Positions 9,983 through 20,711 are shown, counted from the first letter of the stretch. The stretch is 64,000 bases of DNA from Formivibrio citricus (GCF_900115065.1 NZ_FOVE01000010.1:1-64000); one strand, 5' to 3'. Translations and numbers: made by a program. The notes: a model not told the origin generated them from the letters alone.

Positions 9983-10347
9983 CCCGCTTTCTTGCCGCGG
10001 CGCGGGCCGGTTTTCTGCCGCGCCCGCAACGCCGCCCCGATGCCTTTCCTCGCCCAGTCGCAAAGCTCATGCGGGGTTTCCAGCGCGTAATCGGGCAAGG
10101 GATAGTAGGACATTGTCGATACCGAACCGTCCTTCATCGGATAGGTGAACGGCTGCAAGCCTTCGGCCTCGAACGCCGGGCGGCTGGTGTCGTCCACCTT
10201 CACGAACAGCACGTCGTCCGCGACGATGGCGAAGAACACCTCGTCGCAATACAGCCCGTAGCCACCGAACATGGCCTTGGCGCGGATTGAGCCGAGCGGG
10301 GCAAGTTGCTCGATCAGCCAGTCGAGGTATTCGTTACGGCGCGCCAT
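9979..10347 (-). CDS. TfoX/Sxy N-terminal-domain protein.
   Basis: MARRNEYLDWLIEQLAPLGSIRAKAMFGGYGLYCDEVFFAIVADDVLFVKVDD fits the TfoX_N pattern. ATG verified at 10345-10347. The longer track ORF overlaps the flagellin 3' end. Confidence 0.7.
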   Translation of the reverse strand: MARRNEYLDWLIEQLAPLGSIRAKAMFGGYGLYCDEVFFAIVADDVLFVKVDDTSRPAFEAEGLQPFTYPMKDGSVSTMSYYPLPDYALETPHELCDWARKGIGAALRARQKTGPRRGKKAG

Positions 10348-10349
10348 GT

Positions 10350-11951
10350 TTATTTTCCTTTCTGGTTGAAAACACTTACCTGCTGCCAATCCAGGCCAAA
10401 CCGGGCCAGATATTTTCGCAGCCGATCCGCATCGTTGGGTTGTTTTTTGTCTTTGCGCGAACAGGCAAACAATTTGCGACCTGCATCGGACAAACTGGTC
10501 GATTCGCGGCATACGCTCAATACCCCTTCCAGTTGAATCCGGTCAAAGACATCCAGCTCTGCCGCGGCATCCCCCAGTAGCTCAGCCAGGGCATCTGCTT
10601 TGCCTGGTAGCCGCCAGTTGGCCTGCAGCCGTTCAATTTCATCATCCACCACCGCCGTGGTGATTCGCCCGGACTCAGCCAAGGTAGCCATGCGGCTGAC
10701 CGAGGCCGAGAGCTCCCGGAAATTACCGCTCCAGCAGGCTTGAGTGGTGGTGGCAAACGCCAGATAGCGTAGCCGGGCTTCGGTATTGAAACGCACCTGT
10801 TCCCCCTGCTCGCGCGCGAACCGTGCCAATTCGAATTCAATATTTGGCTCGATATCTTCACTGCGCGCAGCCAGCCCCGGTAATTGGTAAGTCCATAGAT
10901 TGATCCGTGCAAACAGGTCTTCGCGGAATTTCCCTTCGGCAACCCACTGGCGAAGGTCACGGCAGGTGCCGGCGATCAACTGGAAATTACTGCTGGCCTC
11001 GCGATCCGAGCCAAACGGGAAGAAACGCTTTTCCTCGATGGCCTTCAGCAGCATGGCTTGTTCATCCAGTCCCAATTCGCCGATTTCATCCAGAAACAGC
11101 ACACCGCCATCAGCAGCGCGCAGCAAACCGGCCCGTTCATTCGCCGCGCCGGTAAAAGCGCCTTTGGCATGTCCGAACAGCGCAGACATTGCCGCATCGC
11201 CGCGCAAGGTAGCGCAATTGACTTCTACAAACTCGCCGGCAAGTTGCCGGCGCTGGCGCTTGAGCTCATACAGTCGCCGCGCCAGAAACGATTTGCCCGC
11301 GCCGGTCGGCCCAATCAGCAACAGTGGCGCTTTCGAGCGCACCGCTACACGTTCGATTTCCTCAATCATCCGGTTGAAAGCCGCATTGCGCGTGGCGATC
11401 CCCGACTTGAGAAAAGACACCGTTTCAGCCTGCTCGCGGGCAAACCGCTGGGCTATTTTGTCGTAACGGGACAAATCCAGATCAATGATCGTCGCCGTCC
11501 CCAGCGTCTCCCCTCGCCGTTTGACGGGCGGGGAAGTCTGGATCAATCGCGCAGGCAAGTAGCGCGATTCTGCCAGCAGGAACCAGCAAATCTGCGCCAC
11601 ATGCGTCCCGGTGGTGATGTGGATCAGGTAATCCTCGTTATCCAGATCAAACGGATAAGTCGCTGCAAAATCATGCAGCAGGCTATACACCTCTTCGAAA
11701 TCCCAGGGGTTTTGCAGCACCACCTCTCGCGGCTCGATCGTGGTTTCAGGGGATACCTGAGCAATATCCAGCGTAATCCGCGATACCAGCCCCCGGCTGC
11801 GCTCATCGTGCAGCAGCACCAAACGGTCGACGATCTGATCTTCCTGCTGGCACAGGCAAACCGTAGGCCGCCACTTGCTCCATCGCTCCGCCCCTTTCCC
11901 CACGTAATCGAGCACGGTGCCGACAAAGCCGATCACCACCGTTTTGCGCAT
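10350..11951 (-). CDS. rtcR: Sigma-54-dependent transcriptional regulator RtcR.
   Basis: The match to RtcR runs the full length: MRKTVVIGFVGTVLDYVGKGAERWSKWRPTVCLCQQ..., Walker A GPTGAGKS and the GAFTGA motif. ATG verified at 11949-11951. Confidence 0.92.
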   Translation of the reverse strand: MRKTVVIGFVGTVLDYVGKGAERWSKWRPTVCLCQQEDQIVDRLVLLHDERSRGLVSRITLDIAQVSPETTIEPREVVLQNPWDFEEVYSLLHDFAATYPFDLDNEDYLIHITTGTHVAQICWFLLAESRYLPARLIQTSPPVKRRGETLGTATIIDLDLSRYDKIAQRFAREQAETVSFLKSGIATRNAAFNRMIEEIERVAVRSKAPLLLIGPTGAGKSFLARRLYELKRQRRQLAGEFVEVNCATLRGDAAMSALFGHAKGAFTGAANERAGLLRAADGGVLFLDEIGELGLDEQAMLLKAIEEKRFFPFGSDREASSNFQLIAGTCRDLRQWVAEGKFREDLFARINLWTYQLPGLAARSEDIEPNIEFELARFAREQGEQVRFNTEARLRYLAFATTTQACWSGNFRELSASVSRMATLAESGRITTAVVDDEIERLQANWRLPGKADALAELLGDAAAELDVFDRIQLEGVLSVCRESTSLSDAGRKLFACSRKDKKQPNDADRLRKYLARFGLDWQQVSVFNQKGK

Positions 11952-12103
11952 TTTGACTTATCCAAAAAGATAAACAACGATTTTATCGTATCAGAAAGAT
12001 GACAATTGCGATAACCAAAAATTCCAGAATCATTATGCAATATCTATTTTTTATTGTTGTTTTTCAATGAATTACACATTCAATTCCCTCCAGTGCCTTT
12101 CTC

Positions 12104-12119
12104 TGGCACGCCTCTCGCT
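12104..12119 (+). promoter_or_regulatory. Putative sigma-54 (-24/-12) promoter driving the rtc locus.
   Basis: TGGCAC-gcctc-TCGCT compared with the consensus TGGCAC-N5-TTGCW. It is divergent from rtcR and upstream of the tRNA-like modules and rtcB. Confidence 0.5.
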
Positions 12120-12240
12120 ATTTATGATTTGCCGCAAAACTGCAGTCGCCCACGGTCCGGGGCTCAAAACCCCCGACGGTGCGCAAAAGCCGGACAAATC
12201 TGTTGCCGATGCGCATGCCGCACTGCCAAAGAAACGGTAC

Positions 12241-12358
12241 CGACGTTGCTGGTGCTTTGCCTGGGTTCGATTCCCGGAACGTCGCCTTCGATAGCTCAAT
12301 GGGTAGAGCCTCCGCCTAATAAGTGGACTGTCGCGGGTTCGAGTCCCGCTCGAAAATT
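12241..12358 (+). ncRNA. Tandem tRNA-like modules (Y-RNA / YrlA-like tRNA mimic). This is not a canonical tRNA.
   Basis: Module 1 is CGACGTT-[13 nt]-CTGGG TTCGATT CCCGG-AACGTCG, an acceptor-like 7-bp stem plus a T-arm with no D or anticodon arms. Module 2 is TTCGA-TA-GCTC AATGGGTA GAGC-C-TCCGC CTAATAA GTGGA-CTGTC-GCGGG TTCGAGT CCCGC-TCGAA, with a canonical D-arm and T-arm, a 5-bp frayed acceptor, no CCA, and an odd AAU anticodon position. Confidence 0.45.
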
Positions 12359-12581
12359 GCCTTGTAACGGCAAACATGGACGCAGTAAACCCGCCGGTGT
12401 GGCGCTTGCGCCACCGTCGATCCGGTCCGGCTTCAACGCCGGGTGATTGGCAGAATTGGCAAGATGGAATGGCCCCGAACCTTGGTACGGGACAACCAGG
12501 AAATCAAGCCCGTTCCCCCTCTTGCCCCGCGGCAAAGCCCGCCGGATCGATGCCCGCCGGCAATTATGAAGAGGTCAAAAA

Positions 12582-13727
12582 ATGATTATGTTCAAACGAT
12601 TGGTCATCAAGAAAAATCAGCGCGGATTGTTGCTGCGCGATGGCGACTTTGTCCGCATCGTCGAGCCGGGTGTTTTCCGTGCATTCGATCCGTTCAACCG
12701 CTATGGCATGGAGGTGTTTTCGCTCAACGATCCGCTGTTCAATAACCCGTTGGCCGATTACCTGCGCCAGAATGAATCCGGCGTACTGGATCAACACTTC
12801 CTGCGCATGGATTTGAGCGAAGACGAAGTCGGCTTGCGTTATGAAGACAATATCCTGGTGGAAATTCTGCCGCCGGGAACCCGCAACCTGTACTGGAAAG
12901 GCTTTATCGCCCAGCGACTGGAGAGAATCAACCTGCAAGAAGGGTTCCGTCTGCCTGCAGCGCTCGCGGCACGGTTGACCCAGCAGGCTTTGCGTAATCG
13001 CATCGTCAAAGGGTTGAACGCAGTACTGGCCGTACAAGTGCCGGAATGGAATATTGGCCTGTTGCGGGTCAACGGCGAGCTGACGGAACTGCTGTCGCCG
13101 GGGCAATATGCCTTCTGGCGCTTCAACCGCGAACTATCCGTGGAAGTGATCGACACCCGCTTGCAAGCCATCGAGGTTTCCGGCCAGGAAATTCTGACCC
13201 GAGACAAGGTGGCACTGCGGATCAATTTGGCGGCGTCCTGGCGTTTTACCGATATCAAGCAGGCATTTTCGACCATCAGCAAGCCGGTTGAGCATCTTTA
13301 CCGCGAACTGCAATTTGGTCTGCGTGCCGCGGTGGGCACCCGCACGCTGGATGAGTTGCTGGAAAACAAGCTGATTATCGACGAAGTCGTCACAGCACAT
13401 GTCGGCAAGAAGTTGGCAGGTATGGGTCTGGAAGTTTCGGCTATTGGCGTCAAGGACATCATCCTGCCGGGCGAGATGAAGACCATACTGGCTCAAGTGG
13501 TTGAAGCCGAAAAAGCCGCGCAAGCCAATGTCATCCGCCGCCGCGAAGAAACCGCAGCGACCCGCTCGCTGCTGAACACCGCCAAGGTGATGGAAGACAA
13601 CCCGACCGCGCTACGCCTGAAAGAACTGGAAACGCTGGAGCGTGTAGCCGAACGCATTGACCGGATCTCCGTCTTTGGCGGGCTGGATCAAGTGCTGAAC
13701 GGATTGGTCACCATCAAGGGCGCATAA
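12582..13727 (+). CDS. SPFH / band-7 (slipin-like) family protein encoded inside the rtc locus.
   Basis: A band-7 domain (...VALRINLAASWRFTDIK...IILPGEMKTILAQVVEAEKAAQANVIRRREETAATRSLLNTAKV...). No obvious N-terminal TM segment. An RBS-like AGAGG precedes the ATG. Confidence 0.75.
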   Translation: MIMFKRLVIKKNQRGLLLRDGDFVRIVEPGVFRAFDPFNRYGMEVFSLNDPLFNNPLADYLRQNESGVLDQHFLRMDLSEDEVGLRYEDNILVEILPPGTRNLYWKGFIAQRLERINLQEGFRLPAALAARLTQQALRNRIVKGLNAVLAVQVPEWNIGLLRVNGELTELLSPGQYAFWRFNRELSVEVIDTRLQAIEVSGQEILTRDKVALRINLAASWRFTDIKQAFSTISKPVEHLYRELQFGLRAAVGTRTLDELLENKLIIDEVVTAHVGKKLAGMGLEVSAIGVKDIILPGEMKTILAQVVEAEKAAQANVIRRREETAATRSLLNTAKVMEDNPTALRLKELETLERVAERIDRISVFGGLDQVLNGLVTIKGA

Positions 13728-13781
13728 ACAACGATGGTCTCTCCCTTCGCGGGGGAGACCATGCAAGAAAGGAAACGAAAC

Positions 13782-14999
13782 ATGAATTACGAACAAATCG
13801 ACGTGGCCCAAGGCGCACCGATCAAGATGTGGACGCAAGGCGTGCCGGTGGAAGACGATGCCCGCGCCCAATTGATCAACACTGCCAGGATGCCCTTCAT
13901 CTTCAAACATCTGGCCGTGATGCCCGATGTGCACCTGGGTAAGGGTTCAACCATCGGCAGCGTGATCCCCACGCGGGGCGCCATCATCCCGGCGGCAGTG
14001 GGTGTGGATATTGGTTGCGGAATGTCCGCTGTGCGGACCAACCTGACCGCGGAAGACCTGCCTGCCGATCTGGCCAACCTGCGCGCAGCCATCGAACGCG
14101 CCATCCCGCATGGCCGGACCGTGACCCGCGGAGGCCGGGACAAAGGTAGCTGGGAAAACCCGCCCGATAACGTGAACGCACTGTGGGCGCAGTTGCAACC
14201 GGGGTTCGAGCGCATTACCGGCAAGTATCCGCGACTGAAAAACACCAACAACCACAAGCATCTGGGAACGTTGGGAACCGGCAACCACTTCATTGAAGTG
14301 TGTCTGGATACCGAAAACCGCGTCTGGTTCATGCTGCACTCCGGCTCCCGCGGAATCGGCAACGCTATCGGCGAGCTGTTTATCCGGCTGGCGCAGGAAG
14401 ACATGCACGATCAGCTCGACACCCTGCCTGATCGCAACCTCGCCTGGTTTGCCGAAGGCAGTGCGCACTTCGACGATTATGTCGACGCCGTGCACTGGGC
14501 GCAGGAATTCGCCCGGCTTAATCGCGTCGCCATGCTGGATAACCTGGTTGTCGCGGTAGAAGCCCTGCTGGATCGCAAGATTGAATTCGACGGCGCACCG
14601 GTGGATTGCCACCACAACTATGTGCAGAAAGAAACGCACTACGGCGAAGAGATTTTCGTGACCCGCAAAGGCGCGGTGCACGCCGGAAAGGGCGAAATGG
14701 GCATCATCCCCGGCTCGATGGGCGCCAAGAGCTATATCGTGCGCGGGCTGGGGAATCCGGAATCCTTCTGCTCATGCAGCCACGGCGCAGGCCGAACCAT
14801 GAGCCGCAACCAGGCCATGAAGCGCTTCACGGTCGAAGACCAGATCCGCGCCACCGCGCATGTGGAATGTAGAAAAGACAAGGACGTGATCGACGAAATC
14901 CCGATGGCCTACAAGGACATCGACGCCGTCATGGCCGCCCAGAGCGATCTGGTCGAAATCGTGCATACCTTGCGGCAGGTGGTATGCGTGAAGGGGTAA
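13782..14999 (+). CDS. rtcB: RNA-splicing ligase RtcB.
   Basis: MNYEQIDVAQGAPIKMWTQGVPVEDDARAQL...HLGKGSTIGSVI...GTGNHFIEV...CHHN, the RtcB His/Cys metal-site motifs. ATG verified at 13782. Confidence 0.95.
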   Translation: MNYEQIDVAQGAPIKMWTQGVPVEDDARAQLINTARMPFIFKHLAVMPDVHLGKGSTIGSVIPTRGAIIPAAVGVDIGCGMSAVRTNLTAEDLPADLANLRAAIERAIPHGRTVTRGGRDKGSWENPPDNVNALWAQLQPGFERITGKYPRLKNTNNHKHLGTLGTGNHFIEVCLDTENRVWFMLHSGSRGIGNAIGELFIRLAQEDMHDQLDTLPDRNLAWFAEGSAHFDDYVDAVHWAQEFARLNRVAMLDNLVVAVEALLDRKIEFDGAPVDCHHNYVQKETHYGEEIFVTRKGAVHAGKGEMGIIPGSMGAKSYIVRGLGNPESFCSCSHGAGRTMSRNQAMKRFTVEDQIRATAHVECRKDKDVIDEIPMAYKDIDAVMAAQSDLVEIVHTLRQVVCVKG

Positions 15000-15003
15000 A
15001 AAA

Positions 15004-15663
15004 ATGGACATGCTCCAGCAACAATGCGAACGGCTGAAGTTTCTGGCAGGCAAGCCAGAAACCGAGGCGGCCCGTAATGAAGTATTGCTGGCTTTGACCA
15101 GCAAATGGGACGGGGTGCGGGTCAACGCTGCCAAAGTATTGGGAAGCTGGGGCGGCCCGGCCAATATGGCTGTTTTGTTGCACCGGTACGCCGAAACCAG
15201 GCAATACAGTGGAGAACGATCCGGTATCCGCAAGGCGCTCTGCCTTGCGGTGTCCGACAACGATGCTCACTGGCTTATCGATTGCTGTTTCAAGCCGGGA
15301 CTAGTGGAACGGTCTTGTGCCATCGAGATGCTCAGTCATCTTTCGGGAAATGTTTTGCACCAGGCGTTGGCCCGCTTGAATGGGCAAGATGATGAGGTGC
15401 GGCATCTGCACTGCGATCTGCTTTTCCGCACTCGAAGCTATCCAGACCGGATCAAGTCTTTGCAAGCCTTGAGCAGCGACATCAACCCCACAATCGCCTT
15501 GCGGGCCCGGCAATACTTATCCTGGTTGAAATGGGTTGAGCCCGCGTTGTTTAACACGGAACCGGCCAAACCCAACCATTCCTCTCGCGGGAAAGCCTTT
15601 GACCGCAAGTTCAACCGCGCAAAACAGAAACGGCAGCTCGCAATACGGAAGGAATCAATGTGA
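15004..15663 (+). CDS. Hypothetical HEAT-repeat-like protein between rtcB and rtcA.
   Basis: Alpha-helical repeat character (NEVLLALTSKWDGVRVNAAKVLGSWGG...). It is co-oriented with rtcB/rtcA and separated from each by a few bp. Confidence 0.45.
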   Translation: MDMLQQQCERLKFLAGKPETEAARNEVLLALTSKWDGVRVNAAKVLGSWGGPANMAVLLHRYAETRQYSGERSGIRKALCLAVSDNDAHWLIDCCFKPGLVERSCAIEMLSHLSGNVLHQALARLNGQDDEVRHLHCDLLFRTRSYPDRIKSLQALSSDINPTIALRARQYLSWLKWVEPALFNTEPAKPNHSSRGKAFDRKFNRAKQKRQLAIRKESM

Positions 15664-15707
15664 ACTCCAGAGTTATTCCCCCGGCGCAACACCAGAAAGA
15701 ACCCGAA

Positions 15708-16739
15708 ATGAACATGATTGAACTCAATGGCGCCCATGGCGAAGGGGGCGGGCAGATTCTTCGGACCGCCCTCACGCTGTCGATGCTGACCGGCATCCCG
15801 TTCCGGATTAACCGCATCCGGGCCAAGCGCGCCAAGCCGGGCTTGCTGCGCCAGCATCTGACGGCGGTATCCGCTGCGGCGGCCGTTTGCGGGGCCAACG
15901 TGGATGGGGCGGCACTGGGCTCGACGGCGCTCACGTTTACGCCCGGCGCCATTCGGGGCGGGGATTACCGCTTTGCCATTGGCAGCGCCGGCAGCACCAC
16001 ACTGGTCTTGCAAACCATTCTGCCCGCGCTGTGGTTTGCCGATGCGGCCTCTACGGTCCATGTATCAGGCGGCACGCACAACCCCGCTGCCCCGCCCGTG
16101 GATTTTCTGCAGCAGTCCTGGCTGCCTCTCATGCGGCGCATGAGGGTACAGACCGAGCTGGAATGTCTGCGACACGGGTTTTTCCCTGCAGGGGGCGGAG
16201 AAGTCTGCGCCAAGGTCGCGCCGGTTTCCGGCAAGCTTCAGCCGCTGACGCTGGAGTCTCGCGGAGAGTGGCGGGCAACCCGCGCCGTAGCCATTGTGGC
16301 GGGCGTACCGGGGGAAGTGGCCAAGCGGGAATTGGAACAGGTTGAATCGCTGTTGGGGCCAATGGACACCGAATTGCGCAGCCTGCCCGCACGGGAAGGG
16401 CCGGGCAATGTGGTCATGGTATCGCTGGCATACGAACACGTTTGCGAGACGTTTGTGGCTTTTGGCGAGCGGTCACTGGCCGCAGAAACGGTAGCCCAAA
16501 AAGTGGCTGGGGAAGCCCGGCGTTATCGGGAGGGAGGCGCAGCCGTCGGCGAACACCTTGCCGACCAATTGGCGCTGCCTTTGGCGCTGGCCGGCGGAGG
16601 CCGTTTCACCACAAACCGAGTCTCGGATCATCTCCGGACCAATCTGGACGTGATCGGTCAATTTCTGCCCGTACGCGGCGACATTTCCGAAATCACGCCG
16701 GGCGTTTGGGCCGTGGATGTGCAACCCTTGGCCGTTTGA
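15708..16739 (+). CDS. rtcA: RNA 3'-terminal phosphate cyclase RtcA.
   Basis: MNMIELNGAHGEGGGQILRTALTLSMLTGIPFRINRIRAKRAKPGLLRQHLTAV is highly similar to the RtcA N-terminus. The start is at 15708 or 15714. Confidence 0.9.
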   Translation: MNMIELNGAHGEGGGQILRTALTLSMLTGIPFRINRIRAKRAKPGLLRQHLTAVSAAAAVCGANVDGAALGSTALTFTPGAIRGGDYRFAIGSAGSTTLVLQTILPALWFADAASTVHVSGGTHNPAAPPVDFLQQSWLPLMRRMRVQTELECLRHGFFPAGGGEVCAKVAPVSGKLQPLTLESRGEWRATRAVAIVAGVPGEVAKRELEQVESLLGPMDTELRSLPAREGPGNVVMVSLAYEHVCETFVAFGERSLAAETVAQKVAGEARRYREGGAAVGEHLADQLALPLALAGGGRFTTNRVSDHLRTNLDVIGQFLPVRGDISEITPGVWAVDVQPLAV

Positions 16740-16740
16740 T

Positions 16741-17358
16741 TCAGCCTGCCTGAATCGCTTTCTGGATCAACGGCAGCAAGGCTTGCGGCAAGGCGATCTG
16801 CCCCGAGAGCGCAAACACCCGCCCGGCTTCCGACATCTTTTTCCACGTTTTGCCGATGATGCCGAGCCACTTTTCTTCGGAGTAGTCGGCTTTTTCTTCG
16901 GCAAAACCCGCCATGTACGATTCGAGGAACACCAGCGCCGCCACGTCTTCCAGCAACTGGGTATCCGGGTTCACCTTCAGCCCGCGCTTGCCGACGATCT
17001 GGCCGACGGCCTCTATCATGGCCGCGTCGTAGCCGACCTCGCGCATGATCTCGCCGGCGGTTTGCGCGTGGAAGCGGTACAGCGCGGTGCGCCAGCTCAG
17101 GTAGCCTTCGCGCGTCATCGGGTAATCCTGACGCGGAATCGCCCAGCGCCGGATATGCTGCGCCCGGCAAGCCAACTGCACCGCCTCGCCCGCCTGCGGC
17201 GCAAAACGCGCCAGCATCGCACTCATGCGCCGGCCGTAGAGCAACTCCTTCGGCCAGTTGCGCCCTTCGGCGAATTCCGAGCGAGGGTCTTCGGCGTTGG
17301 CGGCGTCGAAGCGGGACAGGCAGGATTCAAATCGAGGTGGTTGGGTGATTTCGGTCAT
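16741..17358 (-). CDS. Conserved hypothetical protein (DUF4202-like).
   Basis: MTEITQPPRFESCLSRFDAANAEDPR... The recall of the family is uncertain. Confidence 0.45.
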   Translation of the reverse strand: MTEITQPPRFESCLSRFDAANAEDPRSEFAEGRNWPKELLYGRRMSAMLARFAPQAGEAVQLACRAQHIRRWAIPRQDYPMTREGYLSWRTALYRFHAQTAGEIMREVGYDAAMIEAVGQIVGKRGLKVNPDTQLLEDVAALVFLESYMAGFAEEKADYSEEKWLGIIGKTWKKMSEAGRVFALSGQIALPQALLPLIQKAIQAG

Positions 17359-17543
17359 GATTTCTCTTGGACAATTCGCATCATTGTGCCGTGGGTCAAG
17401 AGGTGATTAGCGGTCACCATTTTGTGGAAGATTCGTTCTGGGAAACTACACAAACCGTGGTCTGCCCCCTATTGTCCAGGGTGTTGTGCTTATTAAACTT
17501 GACGCCGGCTCCAGAAAACGAAGCGAACGGGTTGAGTGCTGGG

Positions 17544-18143
17544 TTAACCATGAGTTTCACCGCCGGTCCACTGATATTGCGAAGAGGAAAAATCTCCAAG
17601 TTGAATACCGTGGCTTAGATCTATAGGTAGGCCGCCGTTGAATAGACTGGACCAACTACCGTCGTCTTTCCAAAGCGTCATTGCCCGTACGTGATGGTAT
17701 GGAAGCATATATAGGTCACGATCATAGTTGTCAGGTCTGGTATCAATCACCGCATGAGCCTCGTCGTTTCTAACGTGTACAACGCCCACCAAACGTCCCC
17801 AAGTAAGCATCGGGGGCGCGCTCCAAATCTTTGCAGCTAGGACTCTCGTGAATAGATCTAGTGATGATAAGGCCTTGAGTTCTGCTAAATTTTCTACGCC
17901 GAACACATGCGAAAGCGATCCACGTAACAGAATGCGAGCCTCCGAAATATTCTTAGCTCCCAAATCTTTCTTGCCAATTGTCGGGTTACTTCCCGACTGA
18001 GCCTCAAGAGCGAAAACTTGTCGCCGCTTGAAATCATCCAGGAATCTCGGATGTGCGAACGACGCGGCTAGACCGGCGCTTTTAGATGACAGCGCCCGCA
18101 GTATTTCAGTAACGACGATATCTGGCGATGTGTAATTTTCCAT
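17544..18143 (-). CDS. Hypothetical protein in a visibly AT-richer islet.
   Basis: The ORF has no recognisable motifs. ATG verified at 18141-18143 (MENYTSPDIVV). The local base composition is clearly lower in GC than the flanks. Confidence 0.35.
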   Translation of the reverse strand: MENYTSPDIVVTEILRALSSKSAGLAASFAHPRFLDDFKRRQVFALEAQSGSNPTIGKKDLGAKNISEARILLRGSLSHVFGVENLAELKALSSLDLFTRVLAAKIWSAPPMLTWGRLVGVVHVRNDEAHAVIDTRPDNYDRDLYMLPYHHVRAMTLWKDDGSWSSLFNGGLPIDLSHGIQLGDFSSSQYQWTGGETHG

Positions 18144-18292
18144 CGGTTGTTCGCTGGCTAACGGGGTATCGCCACCACTGGTGGCATATTCGGAGAAAAC
18201 GTCACCGTCGTTAACCTCACAGTGACACGACAATCTCTACTGAACAATAGTGAAATATATTCACATTTAATCAGTTAAAGTCACACCCGCCA

Positions 18293-19597
18293 TCACAACA
18301 CCCCCGCATCCTTGATCCCGTGATACCGGTCCACCAGCGCAGCCGGGAGCTGGTCGGGGGTGACGTCCAGCAGCATGCCGCCGCGCAGGCCGAGGCGGCG
18401 GCTGGATTCGCTGCGCTGGGTCAGGTAATCGTGGGTGGCGGCCAGCCGCAGGGCTTCGTTGAACTGCGTCACCGGGGTTTCCAGCACCGCGTCGAGCGCC
18501 GATTCGCGCAGGCTGGCGCACAGCACCAGATGCTTGCGCGATAGCAGGCGCACGGCGGCGGCCAGGGCCTGGTCGTCTTCGTCGCGCAGATTGGTCAGCA
18601 GCACCACGAACGCGCGCTTGCGCAGCCGCCCGAGCAGGGCTTCGGCGGCGAGCGCGTAGTCGGGGGCGACTTCGGAGGGTTGCAGGTCATAGACGCCGGC
18701 CAGCAAGCGGTCCAGCCCCACCCGCCCCTTCTGCGGTGGCAGCCAGCGGGTTTCCGCGCCGAAGGTCATCAGCCCGACCGCGTCGCCCTGCTTCTGCGCC
18801 ACCCACGCCAGAAGCAGCATGGCGTTGAGCGCGTGGTCGAAATGCGCCAGCTCGCCGTCGCGCGCGAGCATGCGCCGGCCGCTGTCGAGCAGGAACACCA
18901 CCTGCTGGTCGCGCTCTTCCTGATATTCGCGGCTGATGGGTTTCTGCTGGCGCGCCGTGGCTTTCCAGTCGATGGAGCGCAGGCTGTCGCCGATACGGTA
19001 TTCGCGCAACTGGTGGAAGTCCGTGCCCTCGCCGCGCTGGCGTTTGCGCAAGGTGCCGGCCTGCGGAACGCGCTGGTCGGTGGCGATGAGGTTGTGGCCG
19101 AGCACGCGCGCAAAATCGGGGAAGACCTTTACGCGCTGGCTCTCGCCCCAGCGCACCTGCCGCTGCCACAGACGCAGCGGGGATTCGACGCGCACATGCG
19201 CGGCGGAGAAGGTTTCGTCGCCCCGCGCCAGCGGACGCAGCCGGTAGCGGAACGTCAGGAAGCGCCTGGCCATGAGTTGCCCGCCATGCGGCAAGCCGTC
19301 CATTTCCCACGCGGTCGGGTAACCATCGAACAGCGAAAACCGCAAAGGCCGCCCGCCTTCGTGGTGCAGCGTCAGCGCCACTTCGCGCCATTGCCCCAGC
19401 GGCCAGACGCCGTTGAGCGTGCGCTCCAGCCGCACTTTCGGCACCTGCCGGCCCAGCTTGGCATCGCCCGCTGCCAGCACCAGCAGCAGCGCGCCGGCGG
19501 CCCACCAGAGTTCGACGAGCACAGCGAACCAGCCCGCGGCAAAGCCCAGCGCAGCCCAGAGTACGACCAGCCAGAGGAGGAGACGGGAGGGGATCAT
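18293..19597 (-). CDS. DUF58 (VWA-like) protein, the MoxR partner.
   Basis: N-terminal TM segment and a DUF58-type core (...DFHQLREYRIGDSLRSIDWKATAR...VVFLLDSGRRM...). ATG verified at 19595-19597. Confidence 0.8.
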   Translation of the reverse strand: MIPSRLLLWLVVLWAALGFAAGWFAVLVELWWAAGALLLVLAAGDAKLGRQVPKVRLERTLNGVWPLGQWREVALTLHHEGGRPLRFSLFDGYPTAWEMDGLPHGGQLMARRFLTFRYRLRPLARGDETFSAAHVRVESPLRLWQRQVRWGESQRVKVFPDFARVLGHNLIATDQRVPQAGTLRKRQRGEGTDFHQLREYRIGDSLRSIDWKATARQQKPISREYQEERDQQVVFLLDSGRRMLARDGELAHFDHALNAMLLLAWVAQKQGDAVGLMTFGAETRWLPPQKGRVGLDRLLAGVYDLQPSEVAPDYALAAEALLGRLRKRAFVVLLTNLRDEDDQALAAAVRLLSRKHLVLCASLRESALDAVLETPVTQFNEALRLAATHDYLTQRSESSRRLGLRGGMLLDVTPDQLPAALVDRYHGIKDAGVL

Positions 19598-19694
19598 TTC
19601 AAGCCCTTTGCCGCAGCGTCGCAGGGGGTGCAATTTGTTGCGCACGCGGTCCGAATTCCGGAGGAATGGTGCGCACAGCGCACCCTACTCCAAT

Positions 19695-19713
19695 CGTGCC
19701 TCTGTGGTTCAAA
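19695..19713. repeat. REP-like element, half copy (one arm only), between the MoxR and DUF58 genes.
   Basis: CGTGCCTCTGTGGTTCAAA matches the right arm of copies A, B and C. Confidence 0.6.
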
Positions 19714-19727
19714 TCCTTTCATGACGT

Positions 19728-20707
<980 letters not shown>

Positions 20708-20711
<4 letters not shown>

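Noticed and set aside
12284-12358. Possible canonical tRNA gene (D-arm TAGCTCAATGGGTAGAGC, T-arm GGGTTCGAGTCCCGC).
   Set aside because: The acceptor stem pairs only 5 bp, there is no CCA, and the anticodon position reads AAU. I treat it as a tRNA-like mimic or Y-RNA-like module rather than a functional tRNA.
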